A stretch of 64,000 bases of DNA from Salpingoeca rosetta. Lineage: Eukaryota; Protista; Choanoflagellata. Positions 56,369-64,000 of this stretch are shown in pieces. Under the pieces are notes generated by a model that saw nothing but the letters and a program-made list of their open reading frames with translations, ran no database searches and had not been told where the DNA came from. The stretch covers positions 438,992 to 502,991 of the forward strand of contig JAWQFM010000024.1 in the NCBI GenBank assembly GCA_033442325.1, read 5' to 3'. Numbering within the stretch: the first letter of the stretch is position 1; every line of letters begins with the position of its first letter. The translations under genes and the position numbers were made by a program.

Positions 56369-57249
56369 CCAATGAAGCTGAGGTAAACATAAAGAAGCAG
56401 ACCAAGCTCACGCGCCCCAGCAAGACATGCCACACACACAAGGACAGCCCAGACGAGAAAAGCGAGCGCACCTTGACGTTGAAGTGTTCTGTGACGCCCT
56501 TGCCCGAGGCGCCGAGAACACCAAAGGACATTGACTCCTCAACCACAAGCCGCACTTTGTACTGATACTTGAGCTTCACCTGCGGTGCACAAGACAGGCG
56601 CATTGTGCGCAGGTGTGTGTGTGTGCGTGTGTGTGCGTGTGAGTTCAACAAGCACGGGTGAACTGGGAACAGATGGAACAGAAGAGGCTTGCCTGTATGT
56701 GCTCACCTCAACCAACGCCCCAACCACCTACCCACTCACTCGCTCACGAGTATTACATGGCAGCTTCGTCAGCGCAGCAATTGTGGGTGCAGGCAACTCA
56801 CAAGTTCGTCGAGTGGGCAGATCTGACCCGTGTTGGCGTAGATGCCCTCCACAACAATGAACCGCCGCGTCGCCATCGCCTTGTTGCGGTCCTGTCCATA
56901 CACGCCGTCAAATGGTGGTGGTGGTGGTGGTGGTGGCGGCGGCGATCATGGTGGTAGTAGTGGTGAGACGCGGTCATGGTGGTGGTGGTGGTGCTCAGCA
57001 GAATGTAGCTGCGCAAGATGGCACGAGCACATGATGAAACTGGAAGGGCGCGCCACAAGAGCACAGAACTCGCCCCACCGCCAACAGGACCCTCCCCCTC
57101 AAACAACGCCCTGATCACCTTGCGGTCAATGACGGCCTGCTCCTCCAACTTGGCCTTGAGATCCTTCATGTCGTTGTGCTTGAAGAACACCACTTTGCTG
57201 CGCGACGCCTCCAGGCCCTTCTGGATCGGAAAGCACGCAGCATCGTCGC

Positions 57250-57316
<67 letters not shown>

Positions 57317-57856
57317 AAAAGAGAAAGGGGGTGAAGAACAGGTGATCATTAACAATCAGTGATCTTCGTCCGTCATCACTACAATACAACCCGCCAGCCG
57401 TCAAGGNNNNNNNNNNNNNNNNNNNNNNNNNNNNNNNNNNNNNNNNNNNNNNNNNNNNNNNNNNNNNNNNNNNNNNNNNNNNNNNNNNNNNNNNNNNNNN
57501 NNNNNNAGTTGGCAGCTGGGGACGAGAAGACGGAGGCAGTGGAGCCGCAGTGTGTTCTTGACACAACGTGACGACACGATAGGCATGTACAGGTGGGTTG
57601 TACACAATTGCCACAGCACACGGGCAGAGACAAATGTACGCACGCACGCACGCACCTCAGCACGCTTGTCACCGACGAGGCCCAGAAAGTTGTAGGTGCC
57701 CATGTTGATCTTCTCTTCGCCTCCGATGGTCAAGGTCACGCCAGCCACGCTGCAGGTGCATTGAGCAGGCCACCAAGGCGTATGTTACTCGCGTACATCG
57801 ACCTGCTGACACCAGCGTGGACAACATTCGCACCCAAGCGCGCACGCACACACACA

Positions 57857-57902
<46 letters not shown>

Positions 57903-58131
57903 GCAGCTCACCCTTCGACGACAGGGCCCTCATCGGGGAGATGCTCCTTGACTGGCTCCACAAGCGGCTCTGGCTTCCATTCCCGCAGCAACTCTTCCTC
58001 CTCCTGTCCACACAACCGAACCACAGTGATGATGATGAGCGACACACGAGCCCACTGCTGCAAGCTTGCGCACTGCAAGCACGTGCTCACAAGCACACGC
58101 ACACGCTCGCACACAAAAGCACACACACGCG

Positions 58132-58180
<49 letters not shown>

Positions 58181-58559
58181 CTTCCCCCCCCCCCGCCTCC
58201 ACTTACACACACAGTTTCCCACCTGCTTTGTGAGTTTGACGTTGCGCTGCTTGGGGCGATAGCGCTTGAGGGAGAAGACGTAGACGAGCAAGGCGATCAA
58301 CACGCCCTCAATCACGAGATGGAACGTGGGCACGTCCCAAACCTAGCACGTGTTCAGCGAGTCACGCAGTGAATGTGAATGATCTGGGTACAACCCGACA
58401 GAGCAAGCTGTCCTCCCCCTTCCCAACTCACACTGTTGGCAAGCACGCTTCGCAAGCTTCCAACCCCCTCGCCCACTCTGTCTGGCACACAGCCACAACA
58501 AAAACTGCACGCACCGTGAACACTTCCAGGAGCGGGTGCAACCTCTCCGTTGAAGACAT
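54712..58559 (-). CDS. SPTLC1: Serine palmitoyltransferase subunit 1 (LCB1), multi-exon; some exons lost at the gap
   Basis: [118 protein letters not shown]. It lacks the PLP lysine, as expected for LCB1. Confidence 0.95.
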
Positions 58560-59025
58560 GATTGGTGGTGGTGTGTTGCTCTGTGTTGCTCTGTGTTGCT
58601 CTGTGTCAACGAAGCAGCGACAAACCAAAGCACGGGATGTCAGTGCACGCAGCTCAGTGCAGTCAGCAACGGCGTGAAGGAGGAGGAAATGGTGAGCAGC
58701 CAACGCCAACGCCAAGGTCACGCTCAAGGTCACGCTCAAGGTCAAAGCAAAGGTCAATGCCACCATCACACACAGCCAGACAGTTGCAGCCAAGCCAACA
58801 TCGTCGTCCTCACCTCTTGTTGTTGTGCAGTTTTTCTTTATTTTTAGCACCAAAGAAGGGTGGAATTCCCACACAAAATGTGGCAGCGCGCAAACTTCCC
58901 GCAACAGCACAGAACGGGGAGCAGAAGCGACACACATTCAACAGCGAGAAGGCAACACAGCGAAAGCCAAGCAAGACACACAAGATAACACAAGCAGCAC
59001 AAGCAGCTGGCTGGGGAGAAGAACC

Positions 59026-59239
59026 ATGGCTTCGCTCACTGCACTGCGCACAGCGGTTGCTTCGGCGCCCGTGCGTGCCACGCCCGCGGCTACGCTTGTT
59101 GCTGCGCGCCGGCTCATGTCCTCCGGTGCACAGGAGTATGACCTTGCCGTCATTGGCGGTGGCCCCGGTGGCTACGTTGGTGCCATCAAGGCCGCCCAGC
59201 TCGGTCTCAAGGTGCGTTGGGGTGTGTGTGTGTGTGTCT

Positions 59240-59280
<41 letters not shown>

Positions 59281-59284
59281 GTGC

Positions 59285-59318
<34 letters not shown>

Positions 59319-60881
59319 GGTGCGTGCTGTTGCCGCCTGCTTTTCTAACAACTACGTTGTTCACGCACTCATAACCACATGGGAATGTGTAGACCGTGTG
59401 CATTGAGAAGCGCGGCAAGCTCGGCGGCACGTGCCTCAACGTGGGCTGCATCCCGTCCAAGTCGCTGCTGAACAACTCGCGCATCTACCACCAGGCCCTG
59501 CATGACATGAAGAACCGTGGTGTGGAGGTCAGCGATGTCAAGCTCAACCTTGACACCATGATGGGTGCTAAGGAGAAGGCGGTTGAGCAGCTCACCGGCG
59601 GCATCGAGTACCTCTTCAAGAAGAACGGTGTGTGTGCGTCTGTGTGTGTGTGTCTGTGTCTGTGTCTGTGTTGTATGTTCTATGTATGTACTTGATTTGT
59701 GTGTGTTGTGTGTGTGCATACATCTTTGTATCTGTGCACATGTACATGTTCGTGTTGTGTACGTTTCTCCTCTGCTCGTGTGTACATGTCTATTTTGTTT
59801 GCTTGCGCGCAGCTGCTTGCATGCGTGCAATGGCCACAGCCACGCGAAGCAACAAGCAAACCACCACTCACGCCCATCACTACCTTCCCACCTTTTCTCT
59901 CTCTCTCTCTCACACGTAGGTGTGGACTACGTCAAGGGCCATGGTAAGCTCACGGGCCCCAACTCTGTTGAGTGTGACCTGATTGAGGGTGGCACGCAGA
60001 CGGTGAACGCCAAGCGCATCATGATTGCCGCCGGTTCCGAGGTTGCCCCCTTCCCCGGTGGCTCCGTCGAGATTGACGAGGAGAAGGTGTGGTGTGAGTG
60101 TGTGTGTGTATGTGTCTGTGCCTCTGTGTGTGTGTGTGTGTGTGTGTGAGTGTATGTGTGTGTATGTGTCTGTGTCTGCGCGCGCGTGCATGCGTGTCTG
60201 TGTGTCTGCGTTGCTGTTTCCCACTGGGTGGCTTCCAGGAGTTAAACACAACACGAGTAACCTCCCTTCCCCACAGCCCACCACCTTCTCATCTTCGTCT
60301 CACGTTCTTGTGAATCAATGTTGCGCACGCACACGCATGCACGGGGCCGCGAGCAGATTGTGTCGTCCACGGGTGCCCTGTCCCTGAAGGAGGTGCCCGA
60401 GCGCATGGTTGTCATTGGCGCTGGTGTCATTGGTCTTGAGCTGGTGAGTGCACGCACGACATGCTCCTGCAGCTGCTCATGTGAACACACGAGCATTCGG
60501 CGTGCGTTGCCGTTTTCCATCGACGCGTCATAAATGCATGCACATGCACACGCACTCACTCACACTTACAACGCACACCACACACAACACACAACACACA
60601 CGGGCGCACCTGTGCTTCTGCAACATGTGTGCAGGGTTCTGTGTGGAGCCGGCTTGGGTCCAAGGTGACGGCTGTTGAGTTTCTGGGCAACATTGGCGGC
60701 GTTGGCATTGACCTCGACATTGCCAAGCAGTTCCAGCGCGTGCTGAAGAAGCAAGGCGTCAACTTCAAGCTCAACACCAAGGTGACGGGTGTGCAGAAGC
60801 AGGATGATGGCTCCCTCCAGGTGGCTATTGAGGACGTCAAGAAGGGCAAGACCTCCACCATCGATGCAGGTCCACAGCCCC

Positions 60882-60920
<39 letters not shown>

Positions 60921-61589
60921 ATGTCTATGTGTCTATGTGTCTATGTGTCTATGTGTCTATGTTTGCGTGTGTACAGTCCCTCGCCAGGTTTCTTGCTCGC
61001 GACCTTCTCGTCACAGCACTTCTCACACTTTGTTTGCCCCTCCTTGAAACGTACACATGCGCGCCCATTTCTCCCCTGTGCTGCCGCTTGTTGTGCGTGG
61101 TGCAGACGTGGTTCTTGTGTGCGTTGGGCGGCGCCCCAACATTGCTGGCCTTGGTCTTGATGAGGTCGGCGTCAAGCTGGACGACCGCGGCCGCATCGAG
61201 GTCGACGACTACTTCCGCACAAACATCGAGAGGTGATGATGGTGATAGTGATGGTGATGGTGGTGGTGGTGGTGATGGTGATGGTGGTGGTGGTGGTGAT
61301 GATGATGATGATCGTGTTTGCACCTGCACGCGTGCCGTGTTGTCGTTTGGGCATTGCCGTTTTTGCCTTGTTTGGGTGACACGGTGCTCACGGATGCATT
61401 TGCGTGTTGTCTTTCTATGCAGCGTGTACGCCATCGGCGACTGCATCAAGGGCCCCATGCTTGCACACAAGGTATGCGATGTGCGTGTATGATTGCATGC
61501 AAGGATTGTCCGTGGGCATGAAAGTCGTGGCTTGCTTTGAGAGCTTCTCGCGTCTCGGTTGCACCTACACTCACACTCACCCACACACA

Positions 61590-61682
<93 letters not shown>

Positions 61683-62122
61683 GTCAGGCTGAGGACGAGG
61701 GCATCATCGCTGTGGAGGGCATGATGGGCGGCCACCCGCACATTGACTACAACTGCGTGCCATCTGTCATCTACACCCACCCCGAGGTTGCGTGGGTTGG
61801 CAAGACGGAGGAGCAGCTCAAGGAGGAGGGCATTGAGTACACGGTTGGCACCTTCCCCATGTCTGCCAACTCGCGCGCCAAGTGCAACGAGGACACCGAC
61901 GGGCTCATCAAGGTGCTCGGCGACAAGAAGACAGACCGCATGCTGGGCTGCTTCATGGTCAACTCCAGCGCGGGCGAGATGATCAACGAGGCTGCGCTTG
62001 CCATGGAGTATGGCGCGTCGTGCGAGGACGTTGCACGCGTGTGCCACGCCCACCCAACCGAGACGGAGGCCTTCAGGGAGGCTGCCCTGGCTGCGTACTG
62101 CGGCAAGGCAATCAACTTCTAA
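59026..62122 (+). CDS. DLD: Mitochondrial dihydrolipoyl dehydrogenase (E3), multi-exon
   Basis: Targeting peptide, [35 protein letters not shown] (redox disulfide), [46 protein letters not shown]...KAINF*. Confidence 0.97.
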
Positions 62123-63396
62123 GATGGGTGCCGCCGTGTGTTTGCGTGTGTAGGTGTGTGTGAGTGAGTTCTGTGGTATGGTGGGTGCGTGTGTGTACGT
62201 GTTTATGTGCACGTTTGTTTGCGTGCTCTTGTGAGAGTTTGTGTGTGCATCCGTGTTGTTACAGTTGCGGCTGTTGTTGATGTTGTTGACGACAGAGTTG
62301 GCGTGCTGCTTGTGATTGTATGTGTGTGCGCGTGTGTGTTGTGCGGCGTGGCTGGCTGTTCGTTCATTACTTGATATGGCTGGTGTGGCTGATGCCATGT
62401 TGCATCCACACGCACACCAATCACAGTACAAACAAAACAATCAACAAACAAGGCATACCCGCAAGCAATTATATGGGTGAAGCAGCAACACAAGAAAGCG
62501 CAGAGATGATGTGAGTGGGCGTGCATGTGGGTGTGTCAAAGACATCAGGCAGGCAAGAAAGAAAGAAGAAAAAGGGCAATAAGCTTGAGTGCACCACCAT
62601 GGCACGTGACGTAATAACTGGCAATATGGAAGGAGGGGCGGGGGCAACGCAAAGGCAAGGAATACACAGAAGGGAGGTGCCTGCATGCAAGCGACAATGA
62701 GGTAGGAAGCAACTACTGGTGACGGAATGACCAAGGAAAGAGCGAGAGCAGGACAGTAAGACCGGCAGACAAGATCACGATGAGGTGCTCATGACCAGTG
62801 ATGGTTGTCTTTTCTCTCCCAAAAATCCACACGGGGACACGGAAAAAAAAAACACGTGACTACGGCAGGACTACACATGCATGTGTGTACTTCACACTTG
62901 GTGGTGCACAAGACAGAGAGACTACCACACAGAAAAGGGGGGTGGGTGTAACGTCCCCACCCTCCCACCGCAACGCATCAGAAGAAAAGAAGGGGGAAGG
63001 GTGTGCGTTGATGTGCTTGGACGAAGCGCGAGTGGAAGAACGGCGACAGAGTTCAAATAAATGCACACGCAGGCAGACGACGCTGGGTCAAAGACACCCC
63101 GGAAGGAGGGTGTTCAGATGGATGTGAGTGAAGGCAACAGGAGGGGGGTCAATCGGAGATGGGGAAGAAGGAAAAAAAAAAGAGAAGAAGAGAGAAGGGA
63201 GAAGAGAAGAGAGAAAGGAGAAGAGAGAAGGTCGTTTCGAAACGCACAGAAACACACAAGTGACATCTGTGTAGAAACGATGCATACGTGTGTGCGCAAG
63301 ACACACAGAGAGAGAGCGAGAGAGAGCGAACGACAGGACAATTATTGACCATGGTGTGGGCGTGCGTGCAGGGTCTGCAAAACAGATATGTGGGGT

Positions 63397-63787
63397 TTAA
63401 ACATCGTTGTCGTCGTCTTCATCGTCGTCTACCCGTGTTTCCACTGCGCGACCAAAGCCGACATTCAACCACAACAGCAGTAAACAAGAGAACAAGTGGA
63501 CGGGCGTATGTGAGATGCAGAGTGCTAGCCATACAGGAGCAATGCACGCAAAGCATGCAAAGCAAACAAAGCAAACAAGCATCATCATTAGAGCGCGCGC
63601 GCACACACACACACACACCGAACACACACACACACCGAACACACACATGCACCATTCGCATTGCTGACCTGGTGACTTTGCTCCAGCGCTGTGTGCGGTG
63701 CTGTTGTGGCTTCGGCTGACACCTTGCACGTCCATGTACGCGTCAGGCATGTTCAAATCAACCTCCTCCACGCGCGTGTCAGTGGCG
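63397..63787 (-). CDS. Last two recognisable exons of an unidentified gene continuing beyond the window; acidic tail with a YMDV tyrosine motif
   Basis: ATDTRVEEVDLNMPDAYMDVQ splices in phase to VETRVDDDEDDDNDV* (TAA at 63397-63399). Confidence 0.45.
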
Positions 63788-64000
63788 CTGTAAAACAGCA
63801 GCAACAACAAGGTGACAACCAGTCAAAAAACACTTCATGGTGAGCACAGGCAGAAGAGGTGAAGGGCAGACCAACTTTGATCTGGCAGGGACCACATGCC
63901 GAGGACTGCGCCACACACACGTCCACACCAAACCAACAGGAACAGCTCATGCATGCGCTGACACCCACACGCACGCACACATGCACAACACACACACATA

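Overview
Eukaryotic, intron-rich, GC-rich-coding genomic window. Introns are saturated with (GT)n/(CA)n and trinucleotide microsatellites, and there are six N-gaps (12421-12520, 23775-24064, 37445-37740, 50310-50409, 53232-54037, 57407-57506). Style and gene content point to a choanoflagellate, probably Salpingoeca rosetta (inference). Almost all long ORFs in the supplied track are microsatellite artefacts or unspliced read-throughs, so genes were reconstructed by hand from GT-AG splice sites. In order: 3' end of an LSM14/Scd6 gene (+), CHCHD2/MIX17 (-), NMNAT (-), a C20orf96-like coiled-coil gene (+), a giant HRI-like eIF2-alpha kinase (-), a small hydrophilin-like gene (-), LKB1/STK11 (+), a 9-exon PD-(D/E)xK nuclease + atypical kinase gene of Crinkler/RHS-effector architecture (-), CPT1 (-), a His/Gln-rich zinc-ribbon protein (+), a non-coding 5'TOP-like host gene with two intronic box H/ACA snoRNA paralogs whose pocket matches LSU rRNA (-), an IS630-Tc1-mariner transposase with unusual DD52E spacing (-), a membrane-anchored sugar-transfer-associated ATP-grasp ligase (+), SPTLC1 (-), DLD (+), and the 3' end of an unidentified gene (-). 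The best candidates for undescribed biology are the snoRNA host locus, the nuclease-kinase effector, the DD52E transposase, the ATP-grasp ligase and a polarity of GT/CA repeats in introns. All homology calls are from motif recognition and memory; no searches were run.
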